From: a bacterium
GTDB taxonomy: Bacteria; UBA8248
NCBI GenBank assembly: GCA_965200245.1
Contig: CBDATS010000004.1
Span: 1,056,001 to 1,120,000, forward strand
Direction: 5' to 3'
Length of the DNA stretch: 64,000 bases
Shown one piece after another: positions 52,687-63,165 of this stretch (its first letter is position 1; every line of letters starts with the position of its first letter). The notes beneath the pieces are model-generated. The model searched no databases and was not told the DNA's origin. It saw only the letters and a list, made by a program, of their open reading frames with translations. A program made the position numbers and the translations under genes.

Positions 52687-53455
52687 GGCCTAGATATATC
52701 TCCTGAACGGTCTGGTTCGCCCGTACCTCTTCCTTGGGGCCATCGGCGATGACTTCCCCCTCGTGCATGACCATCAGCTTGTCCACCAATTCGAAGGCGA
52801 CATCCATGTCGTGCTCTATGATGAGCATCGTCATCTCCGGGTCGAGTTCCTTGAGCAGGGAGACCACATCGGCGGATTCGGCGGGCGAGAGCCCGGCCGT
52901 GGGCTCGTCCAGAAGCAGCAGTTTCGGGTTCTCGACCAGGGCAAGGGCGATCTCGATTTGCCGCTGGTCGCCGTGGGAGAGGTTTTTCACGAGGTCGTCC
53001 TGCAAGTCCCACAGGTTGAGCCTCTTCATCATTGTCTCGGCCTTCTGATGAATGTGCCGGTAGCTCTTGATGGTGCGGAGCATCGAAAATTTCGATTTTT
53101 CCAAGGCCTGCGCCGCCAGCAGGACGTTGTCCATGACAGAGAGGTTGGGAAACAGGTTGGTGATCTGGAAGGTCCGTGCCATGCCGAGATGGGTGCGCTG
53201 GTGGGTCGGCAGCCGCGTGATGTCCTTTCCGTAGAGATAAACCCTTCCGTGAGTCGGGGCGAGTTCGCCCGCGATCATGTTGAAAAACGTCGTTTTTCCC
53301 GCGCCGTTGGGGCCGATGACTCCCCGGCGTTCGCCGTTTTCCACGGCGAGGTCGACGTTCCTGACCGCGACGAGGCCGCCAAAGTGCCTGGCGAGCCCCT
53401 CTACCTTCAGACACGCGGCGGATCCGTTCGAACCCTGGAGGGCTTCCTGAGCCAA
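52679..53455 (-). CDS. livG: Branched-chain amino acid-type ABC ATPase
   Basis: GPNGAGKT, ARTFQ, DEPTAG, IEHDM. Confidence 0.9.
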   Translation of the reverse strand: MAQEALQGSNGSAACLKVEGLARHFGGLVAVRNVDLAVENGERRGVIGPNGAGKTTFFNMIAGELAPTHGRVYLYGKDITRLPTHQRTHLGMARTFQITNLFPNLSVMDNVLLAAQALEKSKFSMLRTIKSYRHIHQKAETMMKRLNLWDLQDDLVKNLSHGDQRQIEIALALVENPKLLLLDEPTAGLSPAESADVVSLLKELDPEMTMLIIEHDMDVAFELVDKLMVMHEGEVIADGPKEEVRANQTVQEIYLGHD

Positions 53456-53575
53456 GTCAATCTCCTCCCCCGCGTTCAGCCTGCTTTCTCGCGGGGATAC
53501 AGGGAGCGCCGCGCGCGGGTGAGAGAAAATTTCCCTTCCGCGCGCGACGGTCCCTGATCAGTTACGCAATCGGCC

Positions 53576-54832
53576 CTAGTTCCCGCAATTCCTGCACGGG
53601 GGGTAATCCCTGGTGTAGGGCGGCTTTTTCATGAATTCATCCGGCTTGTAATTCCAGAACTGGCTCACGTTCGGAATGATCGCCAGCACCTTGTTTCTCT
53701 TCTTGCCGGTTTCGTCCTTCATGACCATGCGGACGTATACGTTCATCTTGAACGTCCCGTGGCCGTCGGACGCCCTCGGTCCAGCCGGCAGACCGGTGGC
53801 CACCTTCAGGTTCTTCAGCGCACTGAAGAATTTATCCTTGTCCTCCACGTTACCGTTCACGGACTCGATCGCCTTGTAGATGAGCCGCAGTCCGCCGTAA
53901 TACCCCTCGGCATAGTAGCCTGGGTCCTTCTTGGCGTGTTTAACGAAAGACTTGACGAAGTCCTGGTTGTCCTTTGTCTGGATGTCGGCGCTGTAGATCA
54001 GGGCAGATATCCAGCCGAGAACCTCATCCCCCTGCGCGTCGAGGACGAATTCGTCCGTGTTCGTTCCGTTGCCGAGGATCACGTACTTGTTCCCCAGGCC
54101 GGCTTCCCTGAGCTGTTTGGGCAGTCGCAGTGCCTGTGCCCCCGCAAGCGTGATGAACAAGGCGTCGGCGTCTTTTTTCAGCTTGCCGATGTAGGGGCCG
54201 TAGTCCACGGTGTTGATGGGCATGTACATCTTCTGGATCACCTTGCCGCCCATGTCCTCGAACACCTGCTGGAAACCGCCCGTCGACTCGTAGCCGAACG
54301 CGTAGTCGGGGCCGATCGTGATCACCTTCTTGATGTTCGGCATCGAAGTCCGCACCCAGTGGGCGAACGCGTGCATGGGCTGACTGCAGGAGAAATACGT
54401 GACGGCATACTTCTTGCGCTTCCGCTTGGAGATGTCGTCGGGGCACGACCAGATGAGAATCGGGGTCTTGTAGCGGTCGGCCAGCGGAGCGATCGCGTAG
54501 CCGGTCGATCCGAAAAGACCGCCCATCACGATATGGACCTTGTCCCGTGTGAGGAGCTTGCGCACACGGGTCACGGCCAGGGCCACCTTGCTCTCGTTGT
54601 CTTCAACGAAGAATTTCACATCGCGGCCAGCCACCTTGTCCCCGAACTTCTCGCGGAAAACCTTGAGAGCGTTCATTTGGTCCGAGCCGTGCTTGGCGAG
54701 AACCCCCTTCTTGGAGGTGAGAAGCCCGATTTTGATGGGGCCCTTCGCTGCGAGCGCCGGTCCGGCGGCGAGGAGCGCAGCGAGCGAAAAAACGAGGGGA
54801 ACGACGAGAAAAACGGTGAGTTTTCGAATCAC
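53576..54832 (-). CDS. ABC substrate-binding protein (LivJ/K-like)
   Basis: Signal peptide, PIKIGLL, DYAFGYE; within the liv-type operon. Confidence 0.88.
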   Translation of the reverse strand: MIRKLTVFLVVPLVFSLAALLAAGPALAAKGPIKIGLLTSKKGVLAKHGSDQMNALKVFREKFGDKVAGRDVKFFVEDNESKVALAVTRVRKLLTRDKVHIVMGGLFGSTGYAIAPLADRYKTPILIWSCPDDISKRKRKKYAVTYFSCSQPMHAFAHWVRTSMPNIKKVITIGPDYAFGYESTGGFQQVFEDMGGKVIQKMYMPINTVDYGPYIGKLKKDADALFITLAGAQALRLPKQLREAGLGNKYVILGNGTNTDEFVLDAQGDEVLGWISALIYSADIQTKDNQDFVKSFVKHAKKDPGYYAEGYYGGLRLIYKAIESVNGNVEDKDKFFSALKNLKVATGLPAGPRASDGHGTFKMNVYVRMVMKDETGKKRNKVLAIIPNVSQFWNYKPDEFMKKPPYTRDYPPCRNCGN

Positions 54833-54881
54833 GGGATTTCCTCCTCTTCGTAAGGACGATGGCGACCCCTGGACGGGCCGT

Positions 54882-55835
54882 TCATTCGTTGTCCGTTTCC
54901 CGGGCCCGCATCCGAAGCTGCTTGATGAAGCCCATGATGCCCTCGGGAGCAAAAAGAACCACCACGATGTAGATACAGCCCACGACCGTCAGCGAGCGTT
55001 CGGTAAACATGTTCACGGTATTGTCGAGAATGACGAATATGGTCGAACCCAGAAGCGGGCCTGCCAGCGTTCCCGCTCCGCCGAGCGAAACCATCAGCAG
55101 GGCGTTGAACGAGGTCACCAGTTCGACGTCGGTCGGAGCGACGTAACTATTGTAGTAGACCCACAGGAAACCGGCCAGGCCACTGAATATGCCCGAGATC
55201 ATGTAGATGATGAACTTGTGGAGCCACACGTTGTAGCCCAGCGCGCGCATGCGCGATTCACTCTCGCGAATTCCCACCAGCGTCTTCCCGAAACACGAAT
55301 GGACCAGAATGGAGAAGAACAGGAAAACGACCGCAGCAACGATGAGGGTGAAATAGTAATAGGCGACCGTGCCTTCCATGAAAAGCGGACGGTCGATGCC
55401 CGCGATGCCGTTTTCCCCGCCGGTCATCGAGTCCCACCGGTAGGCGAGCCCCCAGACGAGCATGGCAAGGGCGAAGGTGATCATCAGGAAATACACGTCC
55501 GACGCCCGCAGCGCGACGACAGCGCAGATGGCCGTTATCACCGCCGCGGCGATAAGCGCGACGACGAACGCTTCACCGAAAGAGGCGCCGTAGGTCGCCG
55601 ACATGATCGCCGTCGCATAGGCTCCTGTACCAAAATAGGCCGCGTGGCCCAATGATGCCATGCCCGTGTAGCCCAGCATCAGGTCGAGACTCAGGGCGAA
55701 AATTCCCCAGATCAGACACTGGTTCAGGACGAGTACGCTGAATTCATCCACGAAAAGTGGCGATATGCCCGCGAAAACCAGTATGACGGCGATCGCGATC
55801 ACCCTGCCCCGGGAAATGAGAAGTTCGCCTATCAC
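54882..55835 (-). CDS. livM: Branched-chain amino acid ABC permease
   Basis: GYTGMASLGHAAYFG, GGENG, GIRESESRMRALGY. Confidence 0.9.
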   Translation of the reverse strand: MIGELLISRGRVIAIAVILVFAGISPLFVDEFSVLVLNQCLIWGIFALSLDLMLGYTGMASLGHAAYFGTGAYATAIMSATYGASFGEAFVVALIAAAVITAICAVVALRASDVYFLMITFALAMLVWGLAYRWDSMTGGENGIAGIDRPLFMEGTVAYYYFTLIVAAVVFLFFSILVHSCFGKTLVGIRESESRMRALGYNVWLHKFIIYMISGIFSGLAGFLWVYYNSYVAPTDVELVTSFNALLMVSLGGAGTLAGPLLGSTIFVILDNTVNMFTERSLTVVGCIYIVVVLFAPEGIMGFIKQLRMRARETDNE

Positions 55836-56710
55836 ATCGGTCTCCCGAACAGTCCGGCGGGCCGAATGGCGAGAATGACGGCCATCGGCAGGAACAGGGT
55901 GAAATACGCGAATTCGGGAAAGAAGGTCTTGCCCAGATTGTCGATGATACCCACGAGCAGGCTTGCGAGGATCGCGCCCTTCAGGCTGCCCATCCCGCCG
56001 ACGATGATGGCCACGAAGGCGAAGGGGAGAATCTCGAAATCAAGCCCCGCCTGGATGCCGAGCCAGGGAGCCGCCAGAACGCCGCTCATGCCGGCCAGGA
56101 ACGATCCGAGTCCAAATACCAAGCTGAACACGACGGGCACGTTCACCCCCATCCCTCCCGCCATCTCCACGTCGTCGACAGCGGCCCGCACGGATGATCC
56201 GATTTTTGTCCTGCTCTCGAAGAACCAGAGCCCCAGCGCCGTGACGGCGGCGATCACGATGAGGAACAACCTGTACATCGGGAAGGAGAATTTACCGATC
56301 CGGCCCGTGCTAGCCAGAAGCTTGGGCGCATCCATGCTAACCGGGTCGGGTCCCCAAATGACGAGGATCGCGTCCTGAAGCACGAGAACAAATCCCATGG
56401 TGATGAGCACCTGGCCCAGGTCGTTTCCCTGAAGGCGTCGCAGGAAAACACGCTCAATGATGACGCCCATGATAGTGATGGCGACTCCGCCGACCAGAAT
56501 GGCGAGGACAAAGCTACCCGTCATCTTCAGGGTCGTGAGACCAAAATACGCACCCACGAGGAAGTAGGTTCCGTGCGTGACGTTGATGACCTTCATGACG
56601 CCGAATATCAGGGAGAGGCCCATCGCCAACAGGAAGACGATGGCGCCATAGGAGACACCATTGAATATCTGGGTGAGCCAGAAGGTCATGCGCTCGCTAC
56701 CTGCGGGCAT
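55832..56710 (-). CDS. livH: Branched-chain amino acid ABC permease
   Basis: GLSLIFGVMKVINVTHG, VGGMGS, RPAGLFG. Confidence 0.9.
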   Translation of the reverse strand: MPAGSERMTFWLTQIFNGVSYGAIVFLLAMGLSLIFGVMKVINVTHGTYFLVGAYFGLTTLKMTGSFVLAILVGGVAITIMGVIIERVFLRRLQGNDLGQVLITMGFVLVLQDAILVIWGPDPVSMDAPKLLASTGRIGKFSFPMYRLFLIVIAAVTALGLWFFESRTKIGSSVRAAVDDVEMAGGMGVNVPVVFSLVFGLGSFLAGMSGVLAAPWLGIQAGLDFEILPFAFVAIIVGGMGSLKGAILASLLVGIIDNLGKTFFPEFAYFTLFLPMAVILAIRPAGLFGRPM

Positions 56711-56955
56711 GACGAGGTACGATGAGAGGAAACAATGACAGTGCAGTCACACATGTACATCTCTCCTTCTGGGAGAGGGATACAGCATGCAACTATAAAG
56801 TGTGTCATGCACTATAGCACAAGCATGTTCAATTTGAAAGGTATGATTTTCAGTACTATTATGCGGTGTTTCCGAAACTGCACGTTCCCGTTTGGTGAAT
56901 ATGTACCTGCAACCAGAGTCGACAGGCGAAGTGCGATTTTGAGGAGGGGAATACC

Positions 56956-58383
56956 ATGAATGGAGAAGACATTTGCCGGCTCGGGCTTCATGAACTTTCA
57001 GAGCGTATCGGGGAAGGGGAACTTTCTCCCGTGGACGTGGTCGAATCGCTTTTGGAACGCATCGATTCCGTCAACCCGCGCATTCTGGGTTTTATGGAAG
57101 TGACGGGAGAGTCTGCGCTCGAAGAGGCGAAACGGGCGCAAGAGGAGATCGCCGCAGGCCGCACGCGAGGTCCGCTTCACGGCATCCCCTACGGGGTCAA
57201 GGACATCATCGACACGGCGGGCGTGCGGACGACGCGGGGGTCGAGCTTTTTTCGCGATCACGTTCCGGGTGCAGACGCCGAATGCGTCGCCCGTCTCAGG
57301 CGCGCGGGTGCGATTCTCCTCGGAAAGTGCCATACGCAGGAGTTCGCCTCCGGACCGTTGAGCAAAAACGCGCACTTCGGCACGGCGCGCAATCCGTGGG
57401 ATCTCTCCCGCGCCACGGGAGGTTCCAGCACGGGTTCGGCCGCATCGGTCGCGGCGGACATTTGCCCGGCGGCCATCGGGACGGACACGGGAAGTTCGAT
57501 CCGCGGACCTTCGGCACTTTGCGGCCTCGTGGGGCTCAAGCCCACGCACGGGCGGGTCAGCCTGCGCGGCGTATGTCCCAACTGCCTAAGCTACGACCAC
57601 GTGGGGCCGATTACCCGCTCGGCGCGTGACGCCGCCCTTTTCCTCCAGGGGATGGCGGGTTTCGACCCCGAGGACCCCTACAGCCGAAACGAACCGGTTC
57701 CCGACTTCTCCTCCAGGCTCGATAAGGGTATGGATGGCCTGCGGGTGGGTCTTTGCCCCGGCCTGTCGGGCGGCTTCGAGGCGGACGCGGAGGTCGTACA
57801 GGCGTTCGAGCGGGCAGTCGGTGTGTTCCGGGAGTCAGGGGCGCGTGTCGTGACGCTGCCCTTCACGGATGCGGACCGCCTCGCGCATGTAAACCGCGTC
57901 ATCATCCAGTGCGAGTTCGCCGAGTTCCACAGGCCGCTCTATGAGCAGAATCCCGACGGCTACGGCGCCTCGACGCGCGAGAGGGTGGAGGCGAGCCTCG
58001 CGGGAGCCAACCTGGACGAGTACATCCGTGCGGGACGCGAACGGGAGATACTGCGGCGCAAGGTGCTTGCCCTGTTCGATCATGTGGACGTCATCCTCAC
58101 GCTCGCCCTGCCGTGTATCGCCCCGCGCATCGAAGGCTTCAGGGCCGAGATCAACGGAGAGGAGGTGGATTACTCCCTGGCCCTCACCATGCCCTTCCTC
58201 ACCCACCAAAACCTGACGGGATTTCCGGCGGCGGTGGTTCCCACCGGATTTTCGGAAAAAGAGGGAATGCCCCTGTCGCTTCAGGTAATAGGCCGCCCCT
58301 GGGAGGAGGCAGAGGTGCTCGGCGCAGTCCACGCCTATGAGAAAGCGACGCCTGAGCTGCGCAATCGGCGTCCCGCGCTGTAA
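56956..58383 (+). CDS. Amidase signature family protein
   Basis: GPLHGIPYGVKD, GGSSTGS, GTDTGSSIR. Confidence 0.92.
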   Translation: MNGEDICRLGLHELSERIGEGELSPVDVVESLLERIDSVNPRILGFMEVTGESALEEAKRAQEEIAAGRTRGPLHGIPYGVKDIIDTAGVRTTRGSSFFRDHVPGADAECVARLRRAGAILLGKCHTQEFASGPLSKNAHFGTARNPWDLSRATGGSSTGSAASVAADICPAAIGTDTGSSIRGPSALCGLVGLKPTHGRVSLRGVCPNCLSYDHVGPITRSARDAALFLQGMAGFDPEDPYSRNEPVPDFSSRLDKGMDGLRVGLCPGLSGGFEADAEVVQAFERAVGVFRESGARVVTLPFTDADRLAHVNRVIIQCEFAEFHRPLYEQNPDGYGASTRERVEASLAGANLDEYIRAGREREILRRKVLALFDHVDVILTLALPCIAPRIEGFRAEINGEEVDYSLALTMPFLTHQNLTGFPAAVVPTGFSEKEGMPLSLQVIGRPWEEAEVLGAVHAYEKATPELRNRRPAL

Positions 58384-59239
58384 GGACCTGTTTTTTGTCT
58401 TCGCCTTTTTCCGCACGGGGCCGCCTGTATGGCTCTCTGAATCGGTCGACTTGGTACTGTCAAAAGAAGGATGGCGGACAATGATGAGCAACGACATTCG
58501 GGCGAAACCCGAATGACACGCAAGGAAAGCCCCCTCTCACTCCACTGAGCGATACTCGACAAGAATCGCCTGCCCAGTGATATAGACGATGCGCGCCGGC
58601 ACTTCCTTTCCTTCGGTGTTGGCCAAGTGCAACCCCTCTCCGAAATCGAAGAGAACCGGCGGGATTTCTCCGTCGTCAACTGCGATGTTGTCTTCGAAAA
58701 TATGGGGATTTTTCTGTCTGCCCCGTATGGGACTTAAACATTCCTGCAAGCGGGAATTCCCTCCGCTCCGTTTGGAAAAATTACAGCACCCCCTTTGGCG
58801 AGCCGGCGCAATTCAAGGTGGAGTGCCCATTTGGCGAGTACCCACTCCCACTCTACATGCGCCGAAAACCCCTTGACGGCCACAAATATACGCATCGGAA
58901 GGTGAGCGGAAAGGAGATCAAGGCACGCTGCTCGTCGGATGCGTATATTCGCACCTGCCGTCATACCAATATTTCAGGCCACATCGTCGATCCTGAATTC
59001 TTTGAGATTTACTGCAATTATAATATTGAAATATCTCCGAACAGCCAGCACGGTCCCAATGTGAATGAGAAATTTTTCTGTCGCCTAGAGTTGGACATCA
59101 ACACGGGCAGGAGTTTGAGGGGAAATTTGAAAAGGAAAATAAGCTGGATGTTCTTGGAGAACTTATAGACCTCGGCAATGAGATTGCGACCAAGGGAGAT
59201 GTGACGTGAATCAGAGCATCAAAAATTCAGCGGTACGAC

Positions 59240-59420
59240 CATATAGACGCTGATCTCTCCGGCATCGCAGGCCGCGTCCATGAGCTCATAAAGGATAGGT
59301 CACCCTGCCGTCGGTCTGTTGTGCCAACGGGATCGCAACCTGACTGTCATGCACGGACGCTGCGGTCAGCAGACAACTGACCGGGATGTCGCCATCGGCA
59401 GCATCAATGCGGATGCTTGC
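59240..59420 (-). mobile_element. DDE transposase internal fragment
   Basis: IDAADGDIPVSCLLTAASVHDSQVAIPLA...YELMDAA. Confidence 0.7.
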
Positions 59421-59954
59421 GGCGTGTTTGCCGTCGCGGGTGAAGCAATGCCATACGCGCGTTCCTGTCGCCGGTTGCACTTGCCTGTCGATTTCTCGCC
59501 CCGGCCCACGGCTAATTCCTGTCGCGTACCATTCAAGACTGTCCTGCAAGTATTGCGGCTGGCCAAGATGAGGAGAAGACCGCTTGTATTCCCAGCACTC
59601 CCGCTTCCGCGCTTCGGCGAACATGTCCGCGAGGTTGGCCGGGGCTTCGGTCCAGTCCTGAACCTCGATCTTGTCCTGTCTGTCCATAGTCATCAGATGC
59701 AATCTGAAAACAACACCGAATGTCGTGCTCACTCTCGGAGCCTGCGGCGCGGAGCGAGCGATACCGGACCGAGCCTGTGTCCGTTCGGTTCGGGCGATGT
59801 GCTTGCGGCCGGCCACATCTGCGGGTTCCTCGACGGCCGCAGCTGGTGGTCCGTACGCCTGATCGGCACCATCAAGTTGCCGCCTGACCGGAACACCGTG
59901 CAGCAGCTTGAACCGGGGGCATTCGACGACATCGCAGTTGATGGCGACGTGGGA

Positions 59955-61442
59955 TCAACCAACGGTGAACTGTCCCATCATGCCGCGATCCTCATGCTCC
60001 AGAATATGGCAGTGATACATATACGGATAGTGCTCGGTTGCCGGATGGTCGAAACGCACGACGATCTCCGACCAGTCGTCGTCATCCGCTACCACCATAT
60101 CTTTCCAGCCTTGCTGATCCGGCGATGCCGCGGACCCTTCCATCTGCTCAATCAGGAACGAGCAGCCATGCACATGGAACGGATGTGCGCCTTGGTCGGA
60201 ACGGATCCGCCAACGTTCCCAGACGCCGAGTGGAACCCGTTCATTGATTACGTTCATATCCATCGCCGCACCGTTAATGGTCATGTCCATGGCGGCATGG
60301 CCATCGTTGTTTTCAATCCCCCCACCTTTTCTCATGGTGAGAATGAAGTCACGGGATCGCACTATTTCCTCGGGTTGCGGGCGGACGATGGTGGCCATGT
60401 GCTCAGGTAGAGGCGCGGTATGTGCTGGCAGGGTCCTGTCGACGATCAGGGTCAGCGCCGGGGACGGAAGTTTTCTCTCGGATTGGCCAAACAGGGCAAA
60501 CAAGCTTCCGACAAGACTTTCCTCGTCGTCGAATTCATCTTCGAACAGGGTCAACAGTCCGGCGGGTTTGCCATCGGCCATATCAACGACAATTTCGCAG
60601 CGCTCGCCCGGTGACATCTCCATACTTATCAATGGCACTGGTGCTTCCAGCAAGCCGCCATCACTGGCAATCTTGTAAAACGTGCGGCTGTCGGCAAAAC
60701 CGACGATGTAAAATCGTGCATTGGCACCGTTCAGAAGTCTCAACCGAACTTTGCCAGCAGGCACGTTGGCAATCGGAGTTATTGCGCCGTTGACGATCAC
60801 GGTGTCACCCAGCCAACCATCCTCGTCTGCGTCGTGTAGTGAATAAACCAAACGGCCTTGTGCGTCGAAAGTTCGATCCTGGATGACAATGGGCAAATCA
60901 TCGACGCCGTATTGGTGCGGCAGAGGCAGTGAGTCCGCCTGTTCGTCATCGATGATGATCAGACCGGCAAGTCCACGATACGTTTGCTCGCCGGTTTTTC
61001 CGTGGGTGTGGGAGTGATACCAACAGGTCGCTGCCGGCTGCACGATGGATAAGCTGGGTTGCCAGGCCGCACCCGGATCGATTGCCAGTTGCGGACCACC
61101 GTCGACCTCACCAGGCACATGCAAGCCGTGACCGTGTACCGCCACGCTCTCGGCCAAGGTGTTTTGGTAATGCAAATTGAGTTCGCTATATTGCCTGGTT
61201 CGAATCGTTGGCCCCAGGTAATCCTGGCTGAACCCCAGGGTTGGTGTCCTGACGCCGGATCTGAAGGACCGGGTGCCATTTCGAATGTTCAGTTTAACCG
61301 GCTTTCCCTCGCGACCATCCACCAGAGGCGGTATCGGTAACCGGGGTGATGGCGTCTTGCTCCAGCCAAGGGGGAGGTAATTTGCACCCATGAAAGCGGC
61401 ACTGCCGACAATTAATTGCCGCCGCGAAATTGCCCGTAGCAT
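59955..61442 (-). CDS. Multicopper oxidase (CueO/laccase-like), Tat-exported
   Basis: SRRQLI Tat motif; HGHG, WYHSH, HPFHVHG, HCHILEHED...M copper motifs. Confidence 0.93.
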   Translation of the reverse strand: MLRAISRRQLIVGSAAFMGANYLPLGWSKTPSPRLPIPPLVDGREGKPVKLNIRNGTRSFRSGVRTPTLGFSQDYLGPTIRTRQYSELNLHYQNTLAESVAVHGHGLHVPGEVDGGPQLAIDPGAAWQPSLSIVQPAATCWYHSHTHGKTGEQTYRGLAGLIIIDDEQADSLPLPHQYGVDDLPIVIQDRTFDAQGRLVYSLHDADEDGWLGDTVIVNGAITPIANVPAGKVRLRLLNGANARFYIVGFADSRTFYKIASDGGLLEAPVPLISMEMSPGERCEIVVDMADGKPAGLLTLFEDEFDDEESLVGSLFALFGQSERKLPSPALTLIVDRTLPAHTAPLPEHMATIVRPQPEEIVRSRDFILTMRKGGGIENNDGHAAMDMTINGAAMDMNVINERVPLGVWERWRIRSDQGAHPFHVHGCSFLIEQMEGSAASPDQQGWKDMVVADDDDWSEIVVRFDHPATEHYPYMYHCHILEHEDRGMMGQFTVG

Positions 61443-61506
61443 CGTTGATGGCCCTTTATCCGAATTGATCTGTACCGCGGAAATGTAAACAAGGTAGCAG
61501 AAGAAG

Positions 61507-61995
61507 GAGCCTCTTGCAAAATTTGAGTGATCCTGGCGACTTTTCCCTCATATTCGCAGTACGTCGCGAGTCGGCACCGATCACGGGTTGCGATTCCGCA
61601 TATGAATGGAGCGGTCACGGAAGAATTCTGGAAGGACGAGCAATAGTTCGTTAAATGTTCTTGTCCTTGCCAGGATCAGGGCACGGCGGTTCGCGCCTCA
61701 TCTGCGAACAGGGCGACGATACCGCGGTCAGATCGGGGTCTATACTGTCAGGTGAAACAAGCGGCCGACTGTCAGGGCCAGGATGCCGAACATCAGGTGG
61801 CAAAACACTTTGCCTGCGCCCCGGAAGTGGACAGTCCGGCCACCGAAGCAGTCCTTGAGCAAGGCATTCACCCGCTCGACGCTCGACCGCTGCCGATACC
61901 GTATGCGGCGGTGGTCGACATGTCCGACACGGCGTTGCGCACGTGCCTCGGTCGCTATGGCTTCCTTCAAGGCCGTGTCCCGGCGCGGAAGACCA
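61507..61995 (-). mobile_element. IS right end: transposase C-terminal fragment and terminal repeat
   Basis: RYRQRSSVERVNALLKDCFGG...CHLMFGILAL; GAGCCTCTTGCAAAAT end-like sequence at 61507. Confidence 0.7.
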
Positions 61996-61999
61996 TTTT

Positions 62000-62599
62000 A
62001 TAAAGAACGAGTGGGGGCTGACATCTGAGACTTCCCCGGATCGATCAGTAAACTTTAAGTCTATTACTTTTGTAGACACTTCGATTTCCGATATCTTGCC
62101 TGGTGTGCCGGGAATGGCCGATGCAGGGCCACTTGAATCGCGTTCTGCAAATAAGGGCACAAGGGGTTTTCACGTTCCGCCCCAATTGGAGGAGCAAATA
62201 GAGGCCTTATGCCTGACTGCTCGTGAGGAACAATTCGAGGCGGGTATCGAAAGCTGATTTTCTGATAGCCTCAATAAACTGTTCAGGTATGACCCTTTTT
62301 CAGTCTTGGATTGTCTGACAAGGAAATTTCGGGATAAAGACGCAGATGTCGAGATGTTGGCCGAGGTGTTGCAGTGGGCTTCGCGTCAGAAGTCATCGAT
62401 CATACGTACTAACGTATTAGAGTTGTTATCAACAGGGCTTTACCGCAAGTCACCGTTGGTGCGTGACGCGGCGGCGTTGGGATTGGTTTCTTGGGACGAG
62501 GGTGTTGCCATCCCTTACCTGCACCGGGCTATTGACAGGGAGAAAGTGCCTGAACTTCAGGAAGATTTTTAGGAACTCTTGAAATCTTTGAATACTTAG
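62000..62599 (+). pseudogene. HEAT-repeat-like hypothetical gene with two nonsense codons
   Basis: EEQFEAGIES*FS...SPLVRDAAALGL...AIPYLHRA...EDF*; N-terminus cut by the IS. Confidence 0.55.
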
Positions 62600-62604
62600 C
62601 GGAT

Positions 62605-63111
62605 ATGTCAGCGGTTTTTCGAAAGCTCAACAAGAAACGACACTGGGATAGTAAACCATGGCTCGAATCAAGGGACGTTCAAGCCGATGTGGCTAAGTGC
62701 CTGACAACGACTGAAAATAAATTATTCATTTTCTTGCTTGAGAAGCCCAATGAGCAAGTTGAGAGAGTCGTTGCTGCATTGGCCCTCACGCGGGATAATC
62801 TGGCCTGTTTCGATTTGGCCATTGTTTCCGAAGATATTCTCTCCCAATGTAATATCCAACTCAACAAAATTAAAGCAAAAACTTTAGACGCTGAGGTTAA
62901 TGAATGGCACTATGATCTCGTGGAACTGACAATTGGGAAGGTCTCACAATTGGCCTCTTCGATAAAATGTAGAGGAGAGATACAACGCTACCAGGAAAAA
63001 CAGGTGAGGTTAGCAATCAAAAAATCATTGGATGCCCATCACATTGAAGTTGACCGGATAAGCCCGAAAATGCAGGAATCCCCAAGAAAACGTCAAGTTA
63101 TTTCGTTGTAG
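62605..63111 (+). CDS. Hypothetical protein (possible ART-like fold)
   Basis: Intact AT-rich 168-aa ORF with FRK...ADV...TTENKL...HYDL pattern. Confidence 0.65.
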   Translation: MSAVFRKLNKKRHWDSKPWLESRDVQADVAKCLTTTENKLFIFLLEKPNEQVERVVAALALTRDNLACFDLAIVSEDILSQCNIQLNKIKAKTLDAEVNEWHYDLVELTIGKVSQLASSIKCRGEIQRYQEKQVRLAIKKSLDAHHIEVDRISPKMQESPRKRQVISL

Positions 63112-63165
63112 GTCAAACAGGAAGCATTATCCCAATCCATGGAAACCCAAAGAAAGGGGTCACAC

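Noticed and set aside
58500-59200. Short ORFs between the amidase and the IS fragment
   Set aside because: Fragmentary ORFs on both strands with no recognisable motif; the coding strand cannot be decided
62255-62257. In-frame TGA as a second selenocysteine
   Set aside because: No Cys-type redox motif, no downstream hairpin, and the gene also has a TAG lesion
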